Both the position numbers and the translations under genes were made by a program. A stretch of 63,964 nucleotides of DNA, the filler included, from Thraustochytrium aureum (taxonomy: Eukaryota), in NCBI GenBank assembly GCA_012862495.1. It is 5 parts of 4 records of this genome, joined end to end, with 100 filler letters (N's around TTAATTAATTAA, not from the genome) between each part and the next. Parts side by side here need not be neighbours in the genome. Positions count along the whole stretch, not along the records: positions 18,057 to 29,242 come from BLSG01000421.1; positions 29,343 to 60,963 come from BLSG01000422.1; 3 more parts are not named here. One strand, given 5' to 3'. Positions 23,931 through 35,900 of this stretch are shown here, piece after piece (position 1 is the first letter of the stretch; every line of letters starts with the position of its first letter). The notes below the pieces were generated by a model. That model was not told where the DNA came from and searched no databases. It saw nothing but the letters and a program-made list of their open reading frames with translations.

Positions 23931-24331
23931 CCCTGGACCAGCCCGAGCTGTCGCCCGCCGGCTCGTCCGTCCGTGAACGCGCCTACTTGGTGCAGGCCGC
24001 GCACGGCTGTCGGGCACGGCTGTGGTGCAGCAGCTGTCACGCAAGCAGCTCAGGCGCAAGCAGCAGTCGCGCAGCGGCGAGGACGACGCTGAGCTGCCCG
24101 CGTCGCGATCGGCCAAGGCTCGAGAGCTTGGTTGAGCTGCTGGTTCGCTTGTTCTCCACAAAAAGGGCCGCTCCAGCCGCAGCAAGAATGCCGTCCATCG
24201 CTCGCTCGCGCCCAGCGGGCAGATGCAGCTGAAGGCGAGTAGAGCACTGAGCAAGTACTCGAGTAGGCAGGTGCCCTACCTGTCCTGTCCCCGTTCTCGC
24301 GCATGCGTTGCATTTGCCAGTCTTCGCCGCA

Positions 24332-24395
24332 GCCTTGGCCTCGGTCTTGGCCTCGGTCTTGGGCCTCGGTCTTCGCCGCGGTCTTCGCCGTCTTC
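24332..24395 (+). repeat. About 12-bp tandem repeat (GCCTCGGTCTTG-like)
   Basis: gccttggcctcggtcttggcctcggtcttgggcctcggtcttcgccgcggtcttcgccgtcttc. Confidence 0.7.
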
Positions 24396-24728
24396 AGAAC
24401 AAGCGCTTGGCTGGCGCCGGCGGGAGCGGTCTGGGGTCGCTTCAGCACGGGGCTTGTGCAGCGCGCAGAGGTGACTCGACTCGAATTGCCTTTAAACCCG
24501 CACGGGTTTCGAAAAGCGTCCTCGGGGTCGACTGGACGATGTGCCAACGAGCTCAGCCACCACTCGGCTGCCTCGACGAGCAGGGTCGGTGGCGCAACAG
24601 TTGCCTCCTCGACGGCGGCAGAAAGCGAGCAAGAATGCGGGGCGACAAGAACTGACTGGCTTATGACTGGTTGTGATAGCGAATGCGGAAAGTCCATCTC
24701 GCCTGCACGCCTTGGGCGAGGACAGGCC

Positions 24729-26252
24729 TCATCGGCGCTCCACTTTGATGTGCTGCATGGGCATGGGCACCGTGAGCGTGGTCGTACCGACGACCCACTG
24801 GCCGGGCGTGTCAGAACTGAGCCTATAGTTGCGAACGAGCTCGGTGAGGAAGACGCGCTGTTCCATCTCGGCGAGGCGCGCCCCGAGGCACATCCGGCTG
24901 CCGAAAGAGAAGGGCGTCGCAAGCAAGCGATGGTTGCGAACCTCCTTGTCGTCGCGAACGGCAGGGTCGAGCCAGCGTTCGGGCATAAACTTCTCCGGGC
25001 TCTCGAACAACGCCGGGTCCATCGACTTGCCAACGCCAACGAAAAAAGCCTGCGTTCCCGAGGCCAGCGTCACGCCGTTGGATATTTCGAGGTCATTCTT
25101 GACCACGCGCGAAACGCCGGACGAAGCCGGGGTGATCCTGTGCGCTTCGCGGATAACAGCCTTGAGGTAGACCAAGTCCTTCATCTTGGCGCGTGAGAAG
25201 GGCTCGTCGCCCAGCACGGTTTTGATCTCCTCGTGCAGGCGCTCCTGCACATCTGGGTTTTCGGCGATGTGCAGAACGCTCCAAAGCAGCGTGCGCGACG
25301 TGGTGTCGATACCCGCAAACATGAGCGACGCAACATTAACCGCGAGGTCTTTGTCTGAGCATTCGCCAAGTTCGATGTGAGCCTCGAGGTAAGACTTGAC
25401 GCCTGGGTCGATCTTTGGGGACGTGCCAGCCTCGAGCTCGGCGCGGGACTTCTTCACATGCTCGAAGGCGTAAAGCATGGTCTTGATAAAGTACTCCTTG
25501 AACTGCTGCCACTCTTTGCTGTTGGTGGCCCGGTGCTCAGTTTCTGAGAGCGGCGAAAATAAGATCTGCCCCACCAGGTTCATGAGGTCGATGGAGGTGT
25601 TGACGAAGTCCATGTGCACCGACTTGTTGTCGTCGCTGAGAACGCCCATGCGCTCATTGAAGAGCGCCGAGCAGATGAGCTCGAACGTTGTGCGGCTCAA
25701 GTACCGCTCGAACTCCTCGGCGCTCTTCGTCCGCGTGAGGCCTTCGGCGGCGTCGCGGCAGACGGGCACGAAGACGGGGATGTAGGCCTCTGCCTCGGCC
25801 GGGCTGAAGAGGTTCTTTTGCGCCACATGCCGCCCCTTGCGCCACTCCTCTCCGCTGAGGATGGAGAACATGGGCGGCCAGTCCTTGAGCTCTTCGCACT
25901 CCCACACCGCACGGAATGGCCACACGAAGTCGAGGATGCTCGGCGGGTACTTTGCGTCTGCGCGCATCACGGTCATCATGTCGGCGGGGTTGGCGAGGAC
26001 GATTCGCTTGTTGCCTTGCAAGTCGAACCGGGCCACGTCGCCAAACTCTTTGTACAGGCACTGGTACACATTGTGCATTGCTGTGGGTCCGCCGTTCTGC
26101 ATGATGTATGGAAACGCGCCGTACGGCGAGTCCTGCGGCGGCCCAGGCAGCGATTCGTGCGCCGTAGCCGACAGCACCCTCGCCCGGATCCCGAGCGCAA
26201 TCCTTCGCCGCGCTGCGCGCCTCGCAGCGCCAGCCGCGTTCGAGCCGAGCAT
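24729..26252 (-). CDS. Cytochrome P450, mitochondrial-clan-like, with predicted mitochondrial presequence
   Basis: LPGP hinge, WRKGR (C-helix), AGIDTT (I-helix), EAHR (ExxR), PERW, FSFGSRMCLG heme motif. N-terminus MLGSNAAGAARRAARRRIALGIRARVLS has no TM anchor. Confidence 0.92.
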   Translation of the reverse strand: MLGSNAAGAARRAARRRIALGIRARVLSATAHESLPGPPQDSPYGAFPYIMQNGGPTAMHNVYQCLYKEFGDVARFDLQGNKRIVLANPADMMTVMRADAKYPPSILDFVWPFRAVWECEELKDWPPMFSILSGEEWRKGRHVAQKNLFSPAEAEAYIPVFVPVCRDAAEGLTRTKSAEEFERYLSRTTFELICSALFNERMGVLSDDNKSVHMDFVNTSIDLMNLVGQILFSPLSETEHRATNSKEWQQFKEYFIKTMLYAFEHVKKSRAELEAGTSPKIDPGVKSYLEAHIELGECSDKDLAVNVASLMFAGIDTTSRTLLWSVLHIAENPDVQERLHEEIKTVLGDEPFSRAKMKDLVYLKAVIREAHRITPASSGVSRVVKNDLEISNGVTLASGTQAFFVGVGKSMDPALFESPEKFMPERWLDPAVRDDKEVRNHRLLATPFSFGSRMCLGARLAEMEQRVFLTELVRNYRLSSDTPGQWVVGTTTLTVPMPMQHIKVERR

Positions 26253-27059
26253 TTGACGACCTTGAGCGACCCAGCGGGCCACAAAACGAAAATCAGGCAG
26301 CGCTGAAGGCAGGCCTACGCCGTGTGCTGCTGCGGTTCAGAACAGAACCGCTCGCACTCCGAGTCTTTGCAGATCGACGAAGTAGCGTCCTCCGAAAGGT
26401 GTCTGCTGATGGTCCGAGGCAAACATCGATGTAACCAGCAGGATCCGTCGATTCATCGATCCATCGATCCGATTGCGCAGTGTCCGCACTCATCGCAAAA
26501 ACCATAGGATACAAAGCGCCCCCCCCGAGCTAAACAATCGGCCAACAGTCGGCTAAAACATCGGGCGTACTGCAGAGCTGCCGCGCTCCCTGTATTGCCG
26601 GGTTTTCATCTTCAGCAGTGCTAAAGTCCCTCCAGGAGCACAATCCTTACTTGCGGCAGCGCTCACGTTGACGCTTCTACCAGTTGCAGCGCTCGCGTTG
26701 ATCGTGGTCGGTGTGCTCGGCTCTTTGAAGATCCTCCTTTTCGCGTTGGTTTGGGCGGACGTTGACGCCAAGTAGCGAGCGCGTGCGGTGCCCCGTCGAC
26801 GAGGTATTCTACCGACTTAGTCTGCTGACGAATCAGCAACGACGCTGCAGCCATCACGCACAGCGGCGCGACCTCTCTTGCGATCTCGTCACCGTCTGGC
26901 GCGGTCTCGATCGAGGATGTGGTGTTCACAGGCGCCGAGCAGGTACTACTCTGCTGCTCCCGAACTTGAAGTTAGGAAGGTCGCCCCGCTGCCGTGAGCA
27001 GGTTGCAGCGCTGGCTGATCAAGGCGGCGAGGGAAGGCGTTGTTTTCTCTGCTAGTGAG

Positions 27060-29242
27060 CTAGTAGTTGATGTTGCCAGACTGGCCCGAGGCGCTGGCGA
27101 GGCGCTGGATGTGCGCGAGGTACTCGTCGTACATGAACGAGCCCCCGTTAAAGTTGGCGCGGTCCTCGACCAGGTTGAAGCGGAAGCGGCCCTCCAGCGC
27201 ATCCCCCTCCTTGTAAAATTGCAGCGGCTTGTGCGCGCCGAGCGAGTCCGCCACGGCGAGGAACGCTGCTTAAAGTCCGGGTCGCCCTGCTGCGGCTCGA
27301 TCCGCAGCACACCAGAGTCTATGCCCTCCAGAGACGGAACGTTGAAGAGCGCCTGCAGCAAGTTTGACGGGGCAGCACGCCCGATCCAAAGCATCCGCAC
27401 GACCCCGTTGTACACGAGGTAGATCCCGTTGGAGCGAAGGTTGGCGCTGCTGAGGTTGAGCACATTCGGCATGGTCGGCGCCTGGCCAGGCTGCGCCCGG
27501 CCCACCTGAGGGCCCATCGAGTCGATCTCGTACATTTTGGGGTAGACGCAGGCCACAACTTCGGGGAGCGACATGTTGCTGATGCTGCTGTGGTAGTAGA
27601 TGCGCTCGTCCACCGGAACCTCGTTGCCGCCCCGAAACGCGGCGTTCTTTTGCAGCGCCATGGCGTAAAGCGGGAGCAGCGCCACGGCCTGCGCAAGCTG
27701 GCCGCCTTGCTGCTGCGGTTGCTGGCCCGGCATGCTGTTGTAGGGCATGCCGCTGCTGACGCGAGTCGCGCGGCCCGCAGCAAGTTGACCGAAAAGTTGA
27801 GCAGCTTGTTGCGAATCTGCGGCAGCCCGATCGTGATCGCCTCGGAGGCCGCCTTCTTGGCGATGAGCACTGCGACGGCCTCCTGGCAAGCGTGGTTGTG
27901 CACATCCGAGACACTCGACGTGACCGGGTACATGCTCGTGAAAACGCGTATCCGGCGCTGGCCGTTCGAGGCCGTGTAGAGCAGCGCCCCCTGGAGCGTG
28001 ACCATGCCCGAGGTGACCGACTTGTCCGCGTGCTTGAGCTCGAGCCCATAGGTGGCGTCCGCGGTGCAGTTGGGGAGCTGGAGCAGGTCGTTTCCGCGCA
28101 GCTGAAAGTTGCCGTGGAAGCCCGTGATGCGCACCCCGTTCGAGGCGCGGAGTCGAAACACGGCCTCCCAGGCGGTCTCGCGCGTCAGAGACCGCGCGAT
28201 GTCGGCCTTGAGCGCGGGCCCGTTGGTCTGCGCGTGGAAGCGCGGGAACATGTGCAGCTCCCCGCCCGTGTACTTTGCAAGTGCACTCATGGAGGCCACC
28301 TCGCTGTAGGCCGAGGGGAACAGGAAGAGCTCGATCGAGACCTGGTTCTTGCACATGTCGGTCACCTTGGTGGTGTAAAACTCCCCCTGCGGCTCGAACA
28401 GCTTGTGCTCCGTGTCGGTGCCGTACGCGCGCGGGTTGTCGCGCGCCGTGAGCTTGCCTTGGCCGAGCGTGGGCATCTTGGACTGGAAAACGAGCATCTT
28501 ACCGCCGATTCGCACCATCACGCTGTACGCGGCCTGGATCGCCGACCCGGAGGCAACCTCGTGCGTGTTGCTCTTCGCGTGGATGCGAGGGAGCGAGTCG
28601 AGCAACATCTCGAACACGTCCCGGCTGTCAGCGAGGTTGACGAGCAAGTCCTCCGGGCAGGGCAGGAAAAGCTCGTCCAGGTCGCTGACGACGTGCATTT
28701 TCGGCTGCGTCAGCGACGGGTTGAGCGAGTAAAAGTGCACAGCGTAGTCGAACGTGAGAAGCGCTACCTGCGTGCGCGGCGCGCCGGGGAGCTTGTCGAG
28801 GTTCTCCTTGATCGCCTCGACGGCGCACGCGAGCATCCCCGACGAGACGGCCTCGTAAGACACGTCCAGCACGAAAACGAATACTGGGGCCTGCGGCGGC
28901 CGGATCATGTACTCTTGCGGGGCGACGATCTCGACGCAGCCCGAGTGGAGCTCAGGCCGCTCCATGCGGTCCGCGCGCTGGCCCGACCCGTCAAGGTGAG
29001 AGTAGTACTGCGTCCCGGTTTCGTTGTCTCGGTTGCAGAGGTTGCACCGCCAGCGCCGGCCGTTGTCAGTCCAGGAGACGAACGGGTTGATGTACGCGCG
29101 GCACGCACGGCACCGAACGACCCCTGTCGAGCCAAAGTTGACCACAGGGACCTCCTTCTTGTCCGGGTGCTCGGCGAGCGGCTGGAGCACGACGCCGAGT
29201 GGCAGACCTGATTGGGTGGTGAGTGCCTCGGAGGCAGGGAAC
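27060..29242 (-). CDS. SEC24: COPII coat subunit Sec24 (5' truncated at linker); frameshifts at about 27770 and 27265
   Basis: Zn finger RCRACRAYINPF..WRCNLC, RPELHSGCVE, FVFVLDVS vWA trunk, AWEAVFRLRAS, RRIRV, LLPLY, YPKMY, gelsolin-like tail LVEDR..YDEYL. Confidence 0.95.
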
Positions 29243-29342
29243 NNNNNNNNNNNNNNNNNNNNNNNNNNNNNNNNNNNNNNNNNNNNTTAATTAATTAANN
29301 NNNNNNNNNNNNNNNNNNNNNNNNNNNNNNNNNNNNNNNNNN
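29243..29342. other. Artificial scaffold-joining linker
   Basis: N44-TTAATTAATTAA-N44. Confidence 0.97.
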
Positions 29343-29923
29343 TGAGCGAGCAAGGGACGGCGGCGGAGGCCGAGGAGTGAGGGCGCGAGGGCGGGCGGCC
29401 CCGCGGCTGGCGATGCTGCTGCTGGCGAGGGCCCGCGCAGGTCGCGGCGGCTGGGCACGCGCGAGCGAGAGTGCGTTGCGCTCGCAAGGGGAGCGGGCAA
29501 GTAGGCCTACCTTCTGGTACCGCGCGCGAACGGTGTGTTCTGTAACGCATCGCGCGGCGGTTTTTCACCGGTTTTGAATGCGCTCGGCGATGCGCGGATG
29601 CAGGGATTAGCGAGGTAAGGTGGCGACGCGATTTGCGATGTCGTGGGGTTCTTCTGTTTTTTGGGGTGTTTTTGGTTGTGTTTTTTGAAGTTTTTGTTTG
29701 CGGGGCAAGTCTTGAGGACTTTTCGAGCTCGCGACGAGGCGTCATGGTGAGGCAGACCCCGCTGCACGGCTGTTCGCGCATCGCTCTACAGGAGTACATT
29801 GATCTGCACAGAGATCACGGGCGTGTGCATTGGTCTGCCACAGATCACGGGCGTGCCAATCAATGCCTTGATTTAAAAAAGTAGAGTACTCGTTTCCCCG
29901 GTCGCGGCATCACTGATCAATGC

Positions 29924-32900
29924 TCAAATGCTCTGCGTGATTGTCGAGGACTGAGCGACAGCTGCTGCTGCGGCAGCAGCATCAGTAAACTCTTGGGTGT
30001 GCGGAGGCGTAATGCCGCTGCGGTTGGCCTCAATAAAACTCAGCACATCTGCGTGAATGTCGATCGAAGCAACACTCTCACTCGAGATGCTCGCAAGGCC
30101 CTCGAGCTTTTCCGAGAGACGCTTGCGCCAAAACACAAGCCGAGCGTACAGCGAGCTCAGGAACGAGTATTGGTGGCGCTCGAGCTCGTCGTAAATGCGC
30201 ATGACGCGAGCCGCCTCGCGCTTGTAAAAGCGCTGATAGTCGAAAAACTTGTCCTGCGCATCTTGCTTGCTCGCCGTGGCAGCTTCATAGCGGCGCTGGG
30301 CAGACATGATCTTGCGCCGCTTCCGCGCGTCGCCGCCCTCCAGCGTGAATACGTTCTTGCGAAACTCGCGCCGCTTGCACTCTTCCCACTGGCGCTGAGC
30401 CTCTGCAACGCGATCGTTGGCCTTGGTCAGGTTGTGCCGCACCTTCTGGCTCTCGCGCCGGACGTGTACCTGTATCGCCTGGATCTCAGCGAGTGTCGCC
30501 TGACACTTGTGCACCATCTCGCGCAAGGCCTTCATCATCGTCGAGTCAGACTCCTCAAGGCACATGAGCGAGGCTTTCAGGTGGTCCTCCCACACCTCGC
30601 GCACACGGTCTGCCGCCTCAAAGAGCGTATTCACTTCGGCTGCCGGCATCGCTGGTCTTCCGTGCAGAGGCAAGCCCTCTGGTTCCAGAGCGTCGTTGAA
30701 GCCCAAGATGGCGTGCAGCGCAGAGGACTTTGCCGAGCTGAAGACAGCAAAGTCGTCCACTGCGAGCATGTGCAAGCTGTCGGCCGAGTCCGCGCGGCCG
30801 GCTGCGGTCTTCGGGTTGCTGCTCCCGGCATTGGTGGAGTCCCGGAGTTTGCCAACTTGATCTTCTTCCGGATCGTCGACTGCCACCTTGTTGCCCTCCT
30901 CCTCCTCCNNNNNNNNNNNNNNNNNNNNNNNNNNNNNNNNNNNNNNNNNNNNNNNNNNNNNNNNNNNNNNNNNNNNNNNNNNNNNNNNNNNNNNNNNNNN
31001 NNNNNNNNNNNNNNNNNNNNNNNNNNNNNNNNNNNNNNNNNNNNNNNNNNNNNNNNNNNNNNNNNNNNNNNNNNNNNNNNNNNNNNNNNNNNNNNNNNNN
31101 NNNNNNNNNNNNNNNNNNNNNNNNNNNNNNNNNNNNNNNNNNNNNNNNNNNNNNNNNNNNNNNNNNNNNNNNNNNNNNNNNNNNNNNNNNNNNNNAGGGC
31201 GACGCAAAGCTAGAGGAAATGTCCTTCAGAGCACCCGCCGCTGTAGCACCGTGGACCATGCGTACCGCATCCTCGGGCCCTGGCGACACGGCCATGGGCG
31301 AATCCACCGATCGGAAAACGCTGCTGCTGCCAAAAGCTGTCGGAAGCCTCGCTTTCTCCGCCACCGAGCCAACAAATTCGTCGTCTGTGACCACGGAGCT
31401 TAAGGCTGTTGCATTCGTGGACCGGATCGCCTCGCTGATCTCCTCGTCGTCTTTGCCGGAAAACTCGTCGTCCTCTGTAAGCAACTGATTGCTGCTCTTG
31501 GCCTTCGTTAGGGTCTGGATGCGAGAGGTCAGCTTCTTGCCAAACCCCTTGATCTTGGCGAGGGGCCTCGTGGGCCGCGGCGTTGTGTCCATACTCTCGG
31601 CGATCTTGGCGAGATCTGCTCGACTAAGGCTCAGAAGAGGGTGGTGCCCAACGAGCTCCAACAACGCGGCGTGCATCGCCTTCGTTGCTGTGAGGCGCTC
31701 TGGGATAACCTCCAAAAGGCTCTCGCACACCGCTGTCGAATGGAGAATAATGTCTTCAACCTGGTCGTACCTCGCCGGCCGTTCGCGAGTCATGGCGCAG
31801 CGCCCCCCGCCAGCGTGGTTCTCCCCGAGCAGCATCCGCGCCAGAGATTGGATCGCGGTGCTCGAAGGGAGCAGGCTCGACTTGAGCTGCGCGCCTGACG
31901 CAAGCTGCCGGGTGGAGACGCCAAACCCCACGCCGTCGCGCAGCACCCTGCCGCGCTTGCCGCTGCCTAGCCCATTGATCCCTCGCGCGAGGCCGACCGC
32001 CCCGNTCCCGATGTCGCTGTCCGCAATCTCCGTGCCGCTACTTGACACGTCGAAAAAGCCTTTGGCCTCCATCGCTGCCAGGTCCAGCACCGCGTCCACG
32101 TCGCTCTCGAAGAATATGGGCTCCTCGGTGTTTTCCAGCGACTTTGGCGGCGGCTGGAGGAAGGGCGATGTCTTCGAGTGCGCAACCAAAGGATGCTGCA
32201 CCTTTTCGACAAACTCCTGCAGATACTCGAGGCAGTTCGTGAGTGACTCGGTGTACGCGCTCTGCATCTGTTCGAGCAGCTGCGAAAAGCAGTTGCTATT
32301 TACCACTTTGCGCGTCTGGTACGCGTCCTTGGCCTCGCTCAGGCTAAAGTTGGCGCGCTGCTTCAGGTCGCGCAGGTCGAACAGCTTCCGCTCTTGCACC
32401 TTGTCGAGCTTCATCATCATCTTCTTTTCGAGCTCGAGCTCGAGCGCAGCCGTCTCCTTGCGATACCGCTCGGCCAAGTCGGAAGCCTTGCGCAGCTTCT
32501 CCTTGGCGCTGAGCAATTCGGCGTCGTACTTGAGCTTCTTCTTCACGTGAACCAGCATTTTGTCCTTCAAGGTCCGCTTCGTGATGCGGGCCTTTGTGGA
32601 GAGGTTGCGGCACGTCGAAGCCACCGTGGTGAGGCACGTTATGTCGTGCGTCAGGGACAGGAATGTCTTGAAGAAGAGGTCGTCGAACGGGTTGAACAGC
32701 GCTCGCTGCTCGAGGATCTGCATTGGCACAAAACCGAGGTGCGAAGTGAGCCTTTCGAACTCCTTGCTCGCGCGCTTCTGCAGCGAAGAGCAACCAGACG
32801 CCAAGTGCTGCATTGACCGCAGCCGGTACGTCACCTCGTTGAAGCGCGCCAAGATCGTCCCCAAGTCGCCCCACATGTGTCTTGCAAAGGTGAGGCGGCC

Positions 32901-35900
32901 TTCGTCCTGCTCAGAGGTGGTCGAGTGGATCGAGGCGTATCGCACTCGCATTGACGTGCCTTCCCGCCCCGCGCGCAAGCCAGCCCCACTGTTTCCCAGC
33001 TTGGCCTGCTCCGCCGTGCGCGTCGCTTATTGCGCCATACCGGGGCGTCCCATCCCCGCTGCTCGTCCACATGCGAGCGCGCATGTTGCCGTCGCCCAAG
33101 CCACGGTCCGCCCCCGAGGCTCCGTTTCGCGCCCCCGAGCTGTCGGCCCATCCCTCGTCGCCAGGCACGGAACCACGCGGACTTTGCGGCTGCCGTGCCA
33201 ACGGCGCCGCTTGTGTGGCTCGAGGGAGCTCGGTCACAGACGAGTGCCGAGCGAAAGGGTCGAGCGCGTTTTGCAAGTACTTGCGCGTGCGATTGTCGAG
33301 ATCGACGTGCTTGCGCAAGTCCACCTCGGCGCTGACTTGGTTGATCACCAAGACGCGCTCCTCGATGACTTGTCGAGTGTGCCCGCACGAGTCGACCTCA
33401 AGATCAACCAGATCCTTCAAGTTGCGCACCGAGGTGAAGAACCGCTCGTGCTCTGTCACAGTAAACGCCTCGAACGCCTCGCGCATTTTGCTCGCGTACG
33501 TCTCACGCAGCTCGGCGAGCGCCGCGAAGGCGCGGTCTTTCGCTGCCTGCAGCTCCTCCTGCTCGGCAGCAAGCTGAGCTGCACGCTTGGCGAGCTTCTC
33601 TTGCCGCTTTTGCGCACGCGCCAGCTTGTCCTCATCTGTGGTCTTGAGCACAGACTTGACCGTGCCTCGAAATCCGAGGTGCTGGTGGGTCGCGCCCCCG
33701 TGTTGCTGGGAGCCCCGCTCGCTTGACGGACTCACTTCGCCCGAGAAAAAGAGCGAGTCCGTGCTCGAGTTCTGTCGCGGGCTCGCGCTTATCTCGACGT
33801 TCGGGGCGTCGCTGGGAGCCGCGTCCGACACGCTGTGGACGCTTCCTTCATCCCCTGCCCCGTTCCCGCTCGATCCCTCAGCGTCCATGAAACGGGAGAT
33901 TGCCCCCGTACTTGGGGTGCGGACGGGCGTCGCAGAGGAAGGAGACTGAGCCGGCGAGCTTGTTGTCGCGCCGCCGCCTTGCGTTTCCAGTCGAAGGGTG
34001 ATCTCTCGCGACTCGCGCTGCAACTTGGAGAGTTCACGTATCACGCCCTCCTTTTGCTCCTGCTTGGCCACCAGCGCAGTCTCTGCGGCCTTGGCTGATT
34101 TCACCGCGATGGCCAGCCTGCGCTGCAACTCCGCGCGCTCATCTGCCTTGCTTGTGGCAAAGCTTCTCAGCTCGCCACGCAGACGCGCCGACGGGACAAC
34201 GAACGAGTCGTGCAGGGCATCGCCTTGCTTGGACATGATTCCTGCGATGATGTACATGCACTCCTTGACTTGGGTCAGGGCGCTCTGAACGGTGCTCAGC
34301 TGTGCAGCGCCCTGCCGCTGGTACCCGCGTCCAATGTCCATGCTGTTCGTGACCTCTGACAGCCTGCTGGTGAGTGCGCGTGTCGCTGTGAGGCGCGATT
34401 CGCCAAATTCCATGGCCGACTTGTACAGCCCGGCGAGGTCTCGCATCCACTTTAGCCATTCATCGTGGATCCGTTCGTAGTCAGCTGCGTGCTCCCCCTC
34501 CGTGGCGCGGGGCAGCGCATCGCATCCGATGTACTGATCTATAAGCCTCAGCTGGTGACAGTTGAGGCGGCGGGTTGCGTCCTCGCCCCTGTCCGGTTCG
34601 TCCAAGGACTCTTCGCTGGGGTTTGGGCTCGGAGGAGCTTTCCTCGCCGGTACCCGTTCCAGAGGCAGGGCGCTCCGCAGAGGGGTCAGCTTGCGAGCGC
34701 GCCTCTGCCTCCCTGTCAACACCGCGGTCTTCCACCGGGCCACCGACGTGGTCGCCTGGGCCTACAGTAGAGTACAGCCGCGACTCTTCAAGCGCCTTCA
34801 CAATGGGCTGCAAGGTGACCAGGCGCCGCGACGACAGGTGCTTTGTGAGGATGCCCATGAGGTCCAGCAAGAGCTTTTTCACCTTGCGGATCCGCCGACG
34901 CTCGTGGTCGTGAAAGTTGTGCATGATCTCCGTGTTGGCGTTGGTAAAGTTGGTGAGCTCCCGCTCGAGCGAGGCCACTTCTTGCGCAAACTCAAGGCGG
35001 CAGTTCTCCAGGTTGCGGCTCGCGATGACTTTGCGGTCTGCGATGCGGGCCAGCGTCGCTTTCGTCACAATCGCTTCCTTGGACGCCTTGGATGGCGGGC
35101 TCGCCTTGGCACCGTTGGAGAGCTGCGAAGCTGGGCCTGGCGAGTCAGAGCCCTTACTCTGGCCCGCGGCGCTTTCGCCGTCCGCACCAGAGCCGTTCCC
35201 GCGAAATCCCAGAAGGACCTCTTGGCTGCTTTCCGAAAAGAGCCCGCCAATCATCCCAAACGCCTCCGAGCGACGCCGTATTTTACCGCTAACGGAGTTT
35301 GCCGCGCTGGAGCCGATCCCAAAAAAAGCAGACGAGCGCCGGGAACCCTTGCGCTGCTGCGCGCCCTGCGTCCGAGTGGGCACCTTGGCACTCTGCGTTG
35401 CCGAGTCGTTGTCCTCGCCGCGAAACGAGTCGTCTATCGGACGGCTCGGCAGCTCTGAGAACGAAGCCGAGGCCTTCAACGCGTTGGAAAGCGCAAGAGA
35501 CGGCGGGAGAACGTCGCCCGCCGACTCAGCGCGCACACCAACGCCGCCTCTAGGGGAGCCAGCCTCGCCGCGGGGGTCAGCGCGAAGAAGGTTGTCCTCG
35601 GAAGCGGCCTTGCGACCTCCAACCTCTCGTTCTGCGAAGCTCTCCAAGTCAGCCCCGTCAGGCAGGAGGTCGTCGCTGCCAAGACCATCGCGAGGGCTCG
35701 CAAATTCCTCAGTCGAACACCCGTCCATCCCCGCGTCCAAGTCTGTCAGCGGCTCCGGGTCGTCCCGGTACCACTCGTCGCCAGCAGAGTTTGCACTCGA
35801 GGGCGCAGAGCCCACCGAGTGCTCGCCGTCCGAGCGGGAGAAAAGCCCAGTTTGCGCGGAGCGAGCCGACGAGGGGCTCGACACGCCAAACCCCATGCGC

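Noticed and set aside
22320..24092. Long antisense ORFs (e.g. 590 aa here, 759 aa at 11092-13371, 461 aa at 3272-4657)
   Set aside because: These are shadows of GC3-rich genes on the opposite strand and have no domain motifs.
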